This document shows positions 1 to 10,700 of a stretch of 40,750 bases of DNA, one piece after another (position 1 is the stretch's first letter; each line of letters starts with the position of its first letter). The notes beneath the pieces were generated by a model. The model made no database searches. It was not told where the DNA came from and worked only from the letters and a program-made list of their open reading frames with translations. A program made the translations under genes and the position numbers. Source of the DNA: Verrucomicrobiaceae bacterium (lineage in GTDB: Bacteria; Verrucomicrobiota; Verrucomicrobiia; Verrucomicrobiales; DEV007); NCBI GenBank assembly GCA_012719225.1, contig JAAYAT010000359.1, positions 1 to 40,750 on the forward strand, read 5' to 3'.

Positions 1-58
1 CGCGGGAGACCACATGGTAAAACGAACGGCCTTCGCCAAGGAGTCGCGCGGTTCTCAT
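1..58 (-). mobile_element. 5' end of probable HUH/Y1 (IS200/RAYT-like) tyrosine transposase, truncated by window edge
   Basis: Minus-strand ATG at 58 reads MRTARLLGEGRSFYHVVSR. MRxAR...YHVxSR is the typical N-terminus of REP-associated Y1 transposases. Only 19 codons are visible. Confidence 0.5.
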
Positions 59-252
59 GGGAGCAGGATGGCGCGTGCCAGGGAGCTTGGCAAGCGAAAT
101 ATTTACTGATTGTCTGTCCCTTAAATGTCCATTGAAGATTGCGCCCGGGTCTTTGGGGGGGTGGGCGCGGAGCCCCTTTTCCATGGATTGCGCTTGCTAT
201 GAGGGCGCGATTTCTGGAAGATTCACCAAACTCCGAGCACCGTCCCACCGCC

Positions 253-3200
253 ATGCATCCCAAGGTTTGTTTGTTTTTATTTTGGGCTTCGCTGCTCGCT
301 CCGCTTTCCGCGCAAGAACCGGACGCTCCCGCCGCAGCGCCTCCGACCCCGCCCTCTCTCCCGGCTCCGGCCGATCCCGAGGCTCCCGTTGCAGCCGGGC
401 CGGTTTCGTCGGGGGAAGTTCCCGATCCGCTGCGTCCCTGGGTGGACTGGGTCCTGCACGATCTCCCCGACCTGGGGAGTCCTCCGGCCTACGATTCCGC
501 GGAGACGCGCCTTTCCCTGTGGCCGTCGCGTCTGGAACTGGACGTCACCGCCGAGGGGGCGACTTTTTCTCTGGAGGTCGCGGTGTTTTCTCCGGCCTGG
601 CTCGTCCTGCCGGGGAGTGAAAAACACTGGCCGGGCGCGGTGGCTCTCGATGGTCGTGCGGTGCCGGTGGTGGCGCGCGAGGGGCGTCCGGCGGTTCGTC
701 TGCCGGAAGGGACGGGCACGATCACGGGCCGTTTCCAGTGGAGAGAGTTGCCCCAGCAAATCCAGTTGCCGCCGGAGATCGGACTGCTCGCGCTCCGCAT
801 CGGGGGAGAGGAGCAAAGCGCTCCGTCGTGGGACAAGGACGGCACCCTGTGGCTGCAACGTCAGGTGTCCCAAGAGCCGGTCGACGAGGATTTTCTCTCG
901 CTCAAGGTCCACTCCCTGATCGAAGACGGCAATCCGCTCTGGTTCGAGACGCGGATCGAGATGATCGTGGCGGGGAAGAGCCGCGAGGAGACGCTCGGCT
1001 CGGTGCTGCCGCTCGACTGGCAGCTCGCGCAGGTCGAGGCGGCGCTGCCGGTGGCGATCGACGACGCGGGACAGCTCAAGGCGCAGCTCCGCGCCGGTCG
1101 GTGGAACATCACCCTGCGGGCTTTCCGCACGGATCCGCCCGAGCGGATCGCATTCGCCGAGGGCGCGACCCCGGCGGTGACGGACCAAGCGCTGGCCTAC
1201 CGCGCCCGCCCGGAATTCCGTCAGGCGGAAATCACCGGGCTCCCCCAGATCGACGTGGCCCAGACCCAGGTGCCGGAGGACTGGCGCTCGCTCCCGGTCT
1301 ATCGCTGGGACACGGCCACGGCTTTCGAACTGGTCGAGCGGGTCCGCGGTCCCGGGCAGCGGAGCGAGGTGCCCCTCTCGATCCAGCGGTCCCTCTGGCT
1401 CGATGACGATGGAAAAGCACTCACCTATCAGGACACCCTCACGGGCGCGATCCGGGAGATTCGTCGCCTCGACGCGGCACCGGGGCACGAACTCGGCTCG
1501 GTCCGCAGCGAGGGAGAGCCGCAGCTCGTCACCCACAATCCCGAGGGCGGGGCACCGGGATTCGAGGTTCGCGCGCCGCAACTGGAGGTGGTCGCGACCG
1601 GCCGCATCGCGCTCGGTCGCACCCTGCCCGCGACGGGATGGCGGAGCGACGCGGAAAATCTCCGGGCGACCCTGCAGCTCCCTCCGGGATACCGCGTTTT
1701 CGCCTTGTTCGGTGCCGATTATTCGAGAGGGGACTGGCTCACGTCGTGGACGCTCCTCGACATTTTTCTGCTGCTGCTCTTCACCCTCGCGGTGTTCCGC
1801 CTGCGCGGAGGATGGGCGGGGCTGCTCGCTTTTGTGGCCTTCGGTCTGGCCTATCACGAAGCCGGGGCACCGCATCTGCCCTGGTTGCTCTTGCTCATTC
1901 CGGTCGCCCTCGCGGGATCCCTCCCGTCGGGGCGCTGGCAGCGTGTTGCGGTCGGCGTCAAATGGGGCGCGGCGGGGATTCTCATTCTGTTTCTGGTTCC
2001 GTTTCTCGCTTTCCAGATTCAGGGGGCGGTGTTTCCGCAACTGGAGCGGACCGGCTCGCGTGCCTCCACCGTGGGAGCCTACGTGGACAACCAACGAGGG
2101 GTCATTCCGGCAACGGAGAGTGAGGTGAGGGATTCCCTCAGCAAGCTGGCGATGAGTCGCCCCGGTGAACCGAAGGCGAGAGCCCTCTACCGAGCGTCCG
2201 AAGTCGGCGACAATCTCAAGGCCGATCCCAAGGCGATCATCCAGACCGGTCCCGGCGTGCCCGCGTGGAGTTGGCGCACTGTGACCTTCGGGTGGGACGG
2301 ACCAGTCTCCGCCAGTCAGGAGGTCCGGCCACTGCTGATTCCCCCGGTGCTCTCGCGTCTGCTCGGAGGGGTTCGGGTGGTCTGCCTGGTTCTCCTCGCC
2401 GGGCTGCTGCTCCGCCCGAAACGACTTCGGAAAACGCCGGAAACCGCGGAGCCACTGAGCGGCGGCGCGGGGGCCGGTCCGCATCGCGGGGGTGCTCTGC
2501 TGGCGCTCGTCCTGGCGCTGCTGACGGTCCCCGGTAGTGCGCGGGCGCAGTTTCCCGACGCCGGGATGCTGGAGGAATTGAAAACCCGCCTGACGGAAAG
2601 CTCCGACGCCTTTCCCGGTGCGGCCGACATCGCCTCGGCCTCGCTGGAACTGGCGGACGAGACCTTTGTCCTCCAGCTCGAGTACCACGCCGCCGCGAGG
2701 ACGGCCGTTCCGGTGCCGGTCCCGCTCGCCGCCCTCGTTCCCGGCGGCGCGGAATTCGAGTCCGGTGGTCCCGCCATCCTCGTCCGTCGGGAGGGGGTGC
2801 TGTGGACGCTGCTGCCCGACGAGGGCATCCACCGGATCTCCTTGCGGGGGCGAGTCCGCGACAGGGCCGATTGGGAATGGGGCTTCGCCCTGAAGCCGCG
2901 GCGGATCTCCGTGGAGGCTCCCGGCTGGACCGTCAGCGGACTGCGGCCCGACGGCAGCGCCGAGGACCAGCTCCTTTTCGCCCGCGTCCGGCGGGAGGAG
3001 GAAAACGCCGCCGCCCACTACGACCGGCCGGACACCCGTCACGCCCTCCTCGTGGAGCGCCGCATCGAACTCGGGCTCGTCTGGCAGGTGCACACCACGG
3101 TCTCACGCCTTTCCCCGGCGGGGCGCGCCGTCGCGCTGCGGGTGCCGCTGCTGCCGGGGGAAAAAGTGGTCAGCGCCGGTCGTTCGGTTGAGGACGGGGC

Positions 3201-4467
3201 CATCGACATACGGCTCGCCCCTGACATGCAAGAAATTTCCTGGGAAGGGGAACTCGCCCCGTCCGACACGTTGGTTTTGGCGACCCGTGAGGACGACTCG
3301 TGGACAGAGCGCTGGCGTCTCGTCGCCTCGCCGATCTGGAATGTCTCGTTCTCCGGTTTGGAACCGATCTTCGAACATCCGGAAGGGCGGCTCGTTCCGC
3401 TGTGGCAGCCCTGGCCCGGGGAACCCGCCTCCCTGACCGTGTCCCGTCCCGAAGCGGTGGCGGGTGCCGCCGTCACCATCGACAACGCCGAACACACCCT
3501 CGTCCCGGGTCGCCGCCAGCACGCCTCGAGTCTGGCCTTGTCCCTGCGCACCAGTCTCGGGGAGGATTTTCTCCTCACACTGCCACCGAACGCAGAGGTT
3601 ACGACGCTCTCTCATGACAACAAAAACATCCCCGTCCGCAAGGAGGGGGACGCCGTGGTGGTGCCGCTGCACCCCGGCGCGCAGAGCATCAAAGTCGAAT
3701 GGCGGCTCCCGGCGGATGCCGGAGGCTGGACCCGGGTCGATGCGGTCTCCCTCCCGGTCGAGGCGGCCAACGTCTCCACCGTGATCCGCCCTCCGGAAGA
3801 TCGCTGGCTCCTCCTCGCCGACGGACCGCAGCGCGGGCCGGCCGTCCAGTTCTGGGGCATCCTCCTTTTCGCCCTTCTCGTCGCGGCGGTGCTTTCCCGC
3901 GTGCCGCGCTCCCCCTTGTCGCTCCTCGAATGGCTGCTCCTCTCCATCGGCCTGATCCAGGTCTCGGTTTTTCTTTCCCTCTTCGTGGTCGCCTGGCTTT
4001 TCCTGCTGCGGTGGCGTGGATCGGAGGGATTCCAGGCACTGGGGAGAGCCGCCTACAACGTCTGCGAAGCGGTTCTCATTTTCCTGACGCTGTGGGCGGT
4101 AGGCACCTTTTTCGTGATCGCGTCGCGGGGACTCCTCGGCAGTCCGGAGATGTACATCGCCGGGAACGGTTCGAGTGCCTCCTATCTCAATTGGTTCACC
4201 GCCCGCTCCTCCGGCGAGCTCCCTGTGCCGGGCTACTGGTCGGTCTCGATCTGGTGGTTTCGTCTCGCGATGTTGCTGTGGGCGCTATGGCTCGCCGCCG
4301 CGCTGGTGCGGTGGCTGCGGCTCGGCTGGAAAAATTCCTCCCTCGGCGGGCATTTCCGTCCCCGCCCGCCCCGACCCGTGGCGACATCCGCTGTTGAGAC
4401 CGCCGCAGCCGCCGGGTCGTCTGAGCCCGGCCCTTCCGACGGTCCCCGCCCGGAGGGATCCCGCTGA
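253..4467 (+). CDS. Large multi-pass membrane protein of unknown function with internal two-fold duplication
   Basis: Long ORF (track 139..4467). ATG at 253 gives a signal peptide (MHPKVCLFLFWASLLAPLSAQE) and a Pro-rich linker, then two beta-rich extracytoplasmic regions each followed by hydrophobic TM clusters. Confidence 0.85.
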   Translation: MHPKVCLFLFWASLLAPLSAQEPDAPAAAPPTPPSLPAPADPEAPVAAGPVSSGEVPDPLRPWVDWVLHDLPDLGSPPAYDSAETRLSLWPSRLELDVTAEGATFSLEVAVFSPAWLVLPGSEKHWPGAVALDGRAVPVVAREGRPAVRLPEGTGTITGRFQWRELPQQIQLPPEIGLLALRIGGEEQSAPSWDKDGTLWLQRQVSQEPVDEDFLSLKVHSLIEDGNPLWFETRIEMIVAGKSREETLGSVLPLDWQLAQVEAALPVAIDDAGQLKAQLRAGRWNITLRAFRTDPPERIAFAEGATPAVTDQALAYRARPEFRQAEITGLPQIDVAQTQVPEDWRSLPVYRWDTATAFELVERVRGPGQRSEVPLSIQRSLWLDDDGKALTYQDTLTGAIREIRRLDAAPGHELGSVRSEGEPQLVTHNPEGGAPGFEVRAPQLEVVATGRIALGRTLPATGWRSDAENLRATLQLPPGYRVFALFGADYSRGDWLTSWTLLDIFLLLLFTLAVFRLRGGWAGLLAFVAFGLAYHEAGAPHLPWLLLLIPVALAGSLPSGRWQRVAVGVKWGAAGILILFLVPFLAFQIQGAVFPQLERTGSRASTVGAYVDNQRGVIPATESEVRDSLSKLAMSRPGEPKARALYRASEVGDNLKADPKAIIQTGPGVPAWSWRTVTFGWDGPVSASQEVRPLLIPPVLSRLLGGVRVVCLVLLAGLLLRPKRLRKTPETAEPLSGGAGAGPHRGGALLALVLALLTVPGSARAQFPDAGMLEELKTRLTESSDAFPGAADIASASLELADETFVLQLEYHAAARTAVPVPVPLAALVPGGAEFESGGPAILVRREGVLWTLLPDEGIHRISLRGRVRDRADWEWGFALKPRRISVEAPGWTVSGLRPDGSAEDQLLFARVRREEENAAAHYDRPDTRHALLVERRIELGLVWQVHTTVSRLSPAGRAVALRVPLLPGEKVVSAGRSVEDGAIDIRLAPDMQEISWEGELAPSDTLVLATREDDSWTERWRLVASPIWNVSFSGLEPIFEHPEGRLVPLWQPWPGEPASLTVSRPEAVAGAAVTIDNAEHTLVPGRRQHASSLALSLRTSLGEDFLLTLPPNAEVTTLSHDNKNIPVRKEGDAVVVPLHPGAQSIKVEWRLPADAGGWTRVDAVSLPVEAANVSTVIRPPEDRWLLLADGPQRGPAVQFWGILLFALLVAAVLSRVPRSPLSLLEWLLLSIGLIQVSVFLSLFVVAWLFLLRWRGSEGFQALGRAAYNVCEAVLIFLTLWAVGTFFVIASRGLLGSPEMYIAGNGSSASYLNWFTARSSGELPVPGYWSVSIWWFRLAMLLWALWLAAALVRWLRLGWKNSSLGGHFRPRPPRPVATSAVETAAAAGSSEPGPSDGPRPEGSR

Positions 4468-4611
4468 AAAGAGTGCGATGCGCTTTGAGTTCCGTTATGA
4501 TGGTTGCGTTGACGATGAGTTCCCAAAAACCGGGATCCTCTTGGCCCCCATCGCACCGGTTTCGGAAAGAAATTGACAGGGCGGGCCTGTCCGCGAACCT
4601 TTGGCTTGACC

Positions 4612-5055
4612 ATGTTGCGCAAGATCACACAGCTTCTTTTGCTGCCGATTCTCTTCGCCCTCCTCGCGGCGGGTGGGAGGACGACCTTGTGTGAGGTGTT
4701 CTCGGCGGTCGGGATGGAAAGTCACCACCACGCCCACGAGGGTGCGCCCGAGGGGGGCAGCACCCTCTGCTTGGAGACGCACGACCACGACCATGCGCCG
4801 GGCCACGCGCCCGAGCCCGGGCACGAGGACGTGCCCTGTCCGGAATCGTGCGAGATCCCGCTGGCGGAGGCGACCGCTCCGGTTTTGTTGAAAGTGCCGA
4901 CCCTTGCGGAGACGTTCGTGCTTCCCTCCCTGCTCCGGGCGATGCTCGCGGCTCCGGTGCCGGACGAGTTCTTCGACGCCGTGGCAACACATGAGCCGCC
5001 CGATCGCGCGGACTCGCTCGTCGCCCCGATCTTCACGGGTCGTTTTCTGGTCTGA
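4612..5055 (+). CDS. Small exported His/Cys-rich putative metal-binding protein upstream of RND operon
   Basis: Hydrophobic N-terminus MLRKITQLLLLPILFALLAAGG, then SHHHAH, CLETHDHDH and CPESC motifs. Its position resembles czcI-type leader genes. Confidence 0.65.
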   Translation: MLRKITQLLLLPILFALLAAGGRTTLCEVFSAVGMESHHHAHEGAPEGGSTLCLETHDHDHAPGHAPEPGHEDVPCPESCEIPLAEATAPVLLKVPTLAETFVLPSLLRAMLAAPVPDEFFDAVATHEPPDRADSLVAPIFTGRFLV

Positions 5056-5195
5056 TCCCCCACCGCGGCCCGCTCGTTGCGCCTCCGTGTGCTTTAGTGC
5101 CTTCGCGGCACCGCTGTGGAGCGCCGCCGTCAACCGTCTGATCCGATCCCGGGGAACTGTCTTCCCGCCCGATCCACCTGCTTTCTTTTCACGTC

Positions 5196-6488
5196 ATGAA
5201 ATTCTTTTCTCCTTCGATTCTCATCCTCCTCACCTGCCTCCCGGCCGGGGCCGTCAGGCTCGCGGCCGCCGACGCGGTTCCGCTTTCGCGCGAGAAGGCG
5301 ATCGCTCTGGCGTTCGCCAACCAGCGCGAACTCAAGGTCGCCGCCCTGGAGATCCAGCGCGCCGCCTCCCGGGTGCGGTGGGCCGGACGCCTCGAAAATC
5401 CCGAACTGGAACTCAGCGCGAGCGACGACGGAGCGGGACTCGATGAGGGGGAGGGCACCTACGAGATCGCTTTTTCGCAGCGCTTTCCCCTGACCTCGAA
5501 ACTCAAAAAGGAGAAAAGCCTGCGCGTCTGGCAGGTCGCCCTCGCCGAAGCCGAGGTGGCCGAGCGGCGGCGCGAACTCGCCGGAGAGGTGGACCGGGCG
5601 ATCGTCGAATTGCTCGCGACCCGCGAGAAAATCCGCCTCGGCCGCGAGGGCGTCGCCCTGAATCAGGAGATCGTCGGCTTTCTCGAAGAAAAGCAGAAAG
5701 TGGGGGAAATCTCGAAGCTCGACGTGATGCAGGCGACGCTGAGCGGGCGGACTCTGGAGCAGGAAGTGAAATCGCTCCAGACCCGGGAAAATCAGCAGCG
5801 CCTCGCTCTCCGCCAGCTCATCGGGCTGGAGGCGGACGCGGCCTTGCCTCTCAGCGGATCGCTCGACCTGCCGGCCACGCGTCCGGCCGCGCGGGGAGAG
5901 ATGGAGGCGATCCTGTCGCGCCGTCCCGACCATGTTCTCGCCCTCGCGAAGATCGACGAGGCCCGCGCCGCGATCGCCCTCGAGGAATCGAAGCGCTGGG
6001 AAGATATCTCGGTGAAGCTCTTCGTCGAGGGCGAAGCGGTCCACGACAACCTCACCGGATTGGAGAAAAACACCTTCGCCGGGGTCGGCATTTCCATTCC
6101 GTTGCCGCTTCGCCAGCGGAATCAGGATGGCATCGCCCAGGCGAAGATCAACGCGGAAGCCGCCACCGGGGGAGTCGAGGCGGCCCGGTTCAAGGTGCGG
6201 GCGGAATGTGAGGAGGCCTGGCAGCACCGCCTCGATTCGTGGGAGCTGGCCCGGGAGGCCCGCGGCGATCTGCTCCGTCTCGCCGAGGAGAACCTGACCG
6301 ATTTTCGCGAGGCCCATGCCCGGGGCGAGGCGACCCTGACGCAGGTGCAAAAAGCGCAGGAGCAGGTGCTCCGCTTGCGCACCTCCGCGACCACCTTTCT
6401 CGCCGACTACCACCTCGCCGAAGCCCGGGTGCGGTATGTCACCGGGGCCTATCCCGGACTCACCCTTTCCCGATCCACCGCCAAATGA
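5196..6488 (+). CDS. TolC-family outer membrane factor (CzcC-like)
   Basis: Signal peptide, LSREKAIALA..N.EL, NPELEL and GISIPLPL.QRNQ motifs of OEP repeats. Its stop overlaps the next ATG (ATGA). Confidence 0.9.
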   Translation: MKFFSPSILILLTCLPAGAVRLAAADAVPLSREKAIALAFANQRELKVAALEIQRAASRVRWAGRLENPELELSASDDGAGLDEGEGTYEIAFSQRFPLTSKLKKEKSLRVWQVALAEAEVAERRRELAGEVDRAIVELLATREKIRLGREGVALNQEIVGFLEEKQKVGEISKLDVMQATLSGRTLEQEVKSLQTRENQQRLALRQLIGLEADAALPLSGSLDLPATRPAARGEMEAILSRRPDHVLALAKIDEARAAIALEESKRWEDISVKLFVEGEAVHDNLTGLEKNTFAGVGISIPLPLRQRNQDGIAQAKINAEAATGGVEAARFKVRAECEEAWQHRLDSWELAREARGDLLRLAEENLTDFREAHARGEATLTQVQKAQEQVLRLRTSATTFLADYHLAEARVRYVTGAYPGLTLSRSTAK

Positions 6489-7681
6489 AGAGGTTCCTTT
6501 GTCTGTTGACCGGGCTCGGCCTGCTCGTTCCGTCCTCGGCGGAAGAGTCGGAGGAAATCATTATTCTCGATGCCCTCGGCGTGAAAAATCTCGGAATCGA
6601 AACCGCCGTGGCGGAGGAATCCGATTTCTCCCATTCCGTTTTCGCTCTCGGGCGGATCGAGGCCGCTCCGGGCGCTTCGGGAGTGGTGAGCAGCCGCATC
6701 GCCGGACGGCTCGTGGATCTCAAGGTCGCGCCGGGCGACACCGTTGCGGCCGGGAGCGAGGTCGCGCGGGTCGAGAGCCGCCAGCCGGGTGACCCGCCTC
6801 CGGTGATCTCTCTCCGGGCCCCGCTCGGTGGAATGGTGATGGAGGTGAAGATCCGTCCCGGCGAAGCGGTCGAGCCGGATCGCGCCCTCCTCGAGATCAC
6901 CGACCTCTCCGTGGTCCACGCGGTGGCGATGGTGCCGCAACTGCAAGCCGCCGGGCTCGCCGTGGGGAACAAGGCGGAGATCCGGGTCGACGCCCATGCC
7001 GGCGACTCGCTCGAAGGAACGCTGCTGCGGTTCGGGACCACGGCGGATCGCGCCGACGGGACGATTGCCGCCGTTTTCCGCCTCGACAATCCGGACGAAC
7101 GGTTGCGACCGGGAATGCGGGTCCGCTTTTCCATCGTCACCGGGACGAGGGAGGAGGTCCTGAGCGTGCCGCGCGAGGCGCTGCAGGGCACCGGGGCGAG
7201 TCGTTATGTGTTTGTGAAGCATTTCGACCTCCCGAATGCTTTCGTCAAAGCGCCCGTCGAAGTCGGGGAAAGGAATGAACGCGCCGTGGAGATTCTCAGT
7301 GGGATTTTCCCGGCGGACGAAGTGGTCACCCGCGGGGCCTACGCGCTCTCCTTCGCGGGGGCGGGAAATGTTTCGCTGAAGGAGGCGATGGACGCGGCCC
7401 ACGGTCATGCCCACAACGAAGATGGATCGGAAATCGGCGAGGAGGGGTATGGGCATGGGCATGAGCACGGCGAAACCGATCACGAGCACGATACCGATCA
7501 TGAACATGAACATGAACATCACGATCATGAGGATCCTGGACACGGCGTGCCCGGGTACGGGGACCACTTCACGATCTCCCCGTCCACTCTCGTTCTCGGG
7601 AGTGTCTCGCTGCTGCTTTTTGTGTTGTTGATAGCCTCGCTTCGGCGGAACCGGAAACTTCGAGCCGCGGGCGAAGGATGA
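6485..7681 (+). CDS. RND periplasmic adaptor (CzcB/CusB-like) with His-rich C-terminal linker and C-terminal TM helix
   Basis: ATG at 6485. Barrel-sandwich motifs VSSRIAGRL, APLGGMV, LRPGM and VPREAL. C-terminal HGHGHEH...HEHEHEHHDHE tract followed by a hydrophobic helix and RRNRK. Confidence 0.88.
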   Translation: MKRFLCLLTGLGLLVPSSAEESEEIIILDALGVKNLGIETAVAEESDFSHSVFALGRIEAAPGASGVVSSRIAGRLVDLKVAPGDTVAAGSEVARVESRQPGDPPPVISLRAPLGGMVMEVKIRPGEAVEPDRALLEITDLSVVHAVAMVPQLQAAGLAVGNKAEIRVDAHAGDSLEGTLLRFGTTADRADGTIAAVFRLDNPDERLRPGMRVRFSIVTGTREEVLSVPREALQGTGASRYVFVKHFDLPNAFVKAPVEVGERNERAVEILSGIFPADEVVTRGAYALSFAGAGNVSLKEAMDAAHGHAHNEDGSEIGEEGYGHGHEHGETDHEHDTDHEHEHEHHDHEDPGHGVPGYGDHFTISPSTLVLGSVSLLLFVLLIASLRRNRKLRAAGEG

Positions 7682-7750
7682 ATCGGTTGGAACCGGCTCT
7701 CGGGTGAGGGCGCGGAGTTTTGCTAGAGTTTTTCCCACATTTTCGTATCC

Positions 7751-10700
7751 ATGCTGCACCAAATGATCCTAGGGTCCCTCGCCAATCGGGGGATCGTTCT
7801 CAGCCTCGCCGTACTGGTGGTTTGGCTGGGGATTCGCAGCGCGGGAACTCTTCCCGTGGAGGTGTTGCCCGACATGACGAAACCGACGGTCACGGTGCTG
7901 ACGGAGGCACCGGGACTCGCGCCGGAAGAGGTGGAGGCACTGGTGACCCGCCCGCTCGAGAACGCCCTCCTCGGCGTCGCGGGGCTGGATCGTCTGCGGT
8001 CCAGTTCCGACGTGGGGCTCTCCCTCGTGTTCGTCGAATTCGACTGGGACGCGGACATCTATCACGCCCGCCAGCTCGTGCAGGAGCGGCTCCGGTCCGT
8101 CTCCCTCCCGGAAGAGGTGGAGCAGGGCATGACGCCGGTTTCGTCGTTGATGGGGGAAATTCTCTTGATCGGGTTGCGTTCGAGAGACGGATCGGTCGCT
8201 CCGATGGACCTGCGCACTTTGGCGGACTGGACGGTGGCGCGCCGCCTGCAGAGCATCCGGGGGGTCGCCGAAGTCCTTGCGATCGGCGGCGGGGTGAAGC
8301 AGATCCAGGTCGAACCCGATCTTCGGCGGTTGCAAGCAGAGGGCGTGACCCTGGCCGAACTCGAGGAGGCGGTGTCCCTCGCCGCGGGAAACGCCACCAG
8401 CGGGTATCTCCAGGCGGGTCCGCGCGAGATCATGGTGCGCAATCTCGCGATGACCGCGGACCCCGCCGAGATCGCGAAAACCGTGATCCACACGACGGGC
8501 GACCGGATCCTCCGCATCGGGGATGTCGCCGAGGTCCGGTTTGCCGTGGCTCCGATGCGGGGGGATGCGGGCATCGCGATCCGGGAAAGCGGGGACACGG
8601 GAGAGATCGAGGGAGTGATCCTGAGCATCGACAAGGCTCCCGGTTTTGACACCCTGAGATTGTCGGCGGAGATCGAGGCGGCGGTCGCGGAACTGCGCCC
8701 GAGTTTGCCGGATGGCGTGGAAATCGATGTGCTTTTCCGTCAGGGGGATTTCATCGAAAGCGCTGTCGGCAATCTCAAGGAGGCGATCCGCGACGGAGCG
8801 ATCATGGTGACTCTTGTGCTTTTCCTCTTCCTCCTGAATCTGCGCACCACTGTGATCACCCTGACCGCGATACCGCTTTCCTTCGCCACGACCCTGCTCG
8901 TCTTCGACGGGTTCGGCATCAGTGTGAACAGCATGACCCTGGGGGGGATCGCCGTCGCCATCGGCATGGTGGTGGACGATGCCATCGTGGACGTCGAAAA
9001 CGTGTTCCGTCGCTTGCGCGAGAACGCAGCGGCGGAGACCCCGCGCCCGCGTTTGGAAGTGATCGCCGAGGCCTCCAGCGAAGTGCGTTCGAGCATTCTC
9101 TACGCGACGCTGCTCATCATTCTCGTTTTCATTCCCTTGCTGGGACTCGCGGGTCTGGAGGGGCGTCTCTTTCGTCCCATCGCCATCGCGACCATCGTCA
9201 GCATGGTGGCCTCGTTCCTGGTGTCGCTCACGGTGATCCCGGTGCTGTGTTCTTTTCTCCTGAAACCCCGCGAAGATCGGGAGCATCGCGATGGCTTTCT
9301 GGTGCGCGGTCTCAAGCACCTCGTCCGGGCGACGTTTCTTCGCGCCGCCTTTGCCGCGCCCCTCGTCGTGCTGGCGGTGGTGGTGGCGCTGATGATCGGT
9401 GCGGCGATGCTGTATCCGGGGATGGGAAAGGAGTTCCTGCCCGCCTTCAACGAGGGCAGTGCAACCATTTCCCTGACCAGTGCCCCGGGGACCTCCCTGG
9501 CGCAATCGAACGAAGTGGGGCGACGCGCCGTCGAATTGCTGCTGGAAGTTCCCGAGGTGAAATCGGTGGGACGCCGCGCCGGGAGAGCGGAGCGGGACGA
9601 CCATGTCATGCCTGTCTCGGTGAATGAATTCGACGTCGAGTTCACCGGTCGCGGGCGGGAGCGAGCGGAGGTTTTCGCGGATATCCGGGAAAAACTCGGC
9701 GGCATACCGGGCACCTTCGTCGCTCTCGGCCAGCCCATCGGGCATCGCCTCAGCCACATGCTCAGCGGGGTCTCCGCGAAAATCGCCGTGAAAATCCACG
9801 GTCCCGATCTCGAGGTGCTGCGCCGTCTCGGGGCTGCGGTCCGGGACGCGGGCAAATCCGTCGAGGGGCTCACCGACATCAATCTCGAGGCCCAGGTGGC
9901 GATCCCACAGATTCGCATCGAAGTGGACCGCCACCGCGCCAGTGCCGAGGGGTTGGCCCCCGGGCGGATCAATCAGCAGATCTCCCGGCTCCTCGGCGGT
10001 GCCACCCTCGCGGAACTGCGCGAAGGCGAGACGACGATCGATCTGGTGATGCGCCTCCCGGAATCGGGGCGGACTTGGCCGGAGCATCTCGGCGAGCTGC
10101 TCGTGGAGACACCCGACGGACGGCGTATTCCCCTTTCCCTCGTGGCCGATGTCCACGATGTGAACGGTCCCAATGTGATCCATCGGGAGGACGGTCGCCG
10201 TCGCATCGTGATCTCGGCGAACACGGACGAGCGCGATCTCGACGCCTTGGTGTCGCAGTGGCAGGAAAATGTCGCGAGGGACGTCGTGCTGCCCGAAGGG
10301 TATTCCCTCCGGTTTGAAGGGGAATACCTCGCCCGCGAGGAGGCGTCGCAGCGCATCGCGACGCTTTTCGGAATGGTTCTCGTGATCGTCGTGGTGCTGC
10401 TCGCCAATTATTTCGGGAGCGTCTCGCTGGCCCTGCAAGTGATGCTCAACCTCCCTCTCGCGCTCGCGGGAGCGCTCGCCTTCACCTGGTGGCGGGTCGA
10501 CAACATCAGCATCGCGACCCTCGTCGGTTTCATCGCCGTCGGAGGAGTGGCGGCGCGAAACGGGATCATGATGATTTCCCATTACCTTCATCTGATGCGT
10601 CACGAAGGAGAAGTCTTCGGCGTCGCCCTGATCACCCGCGGCACCCTGGAGCGGCTCGTCCCCGTGCTGATGACCGCCCTTTCCGCCGGCATCGCCCTGA

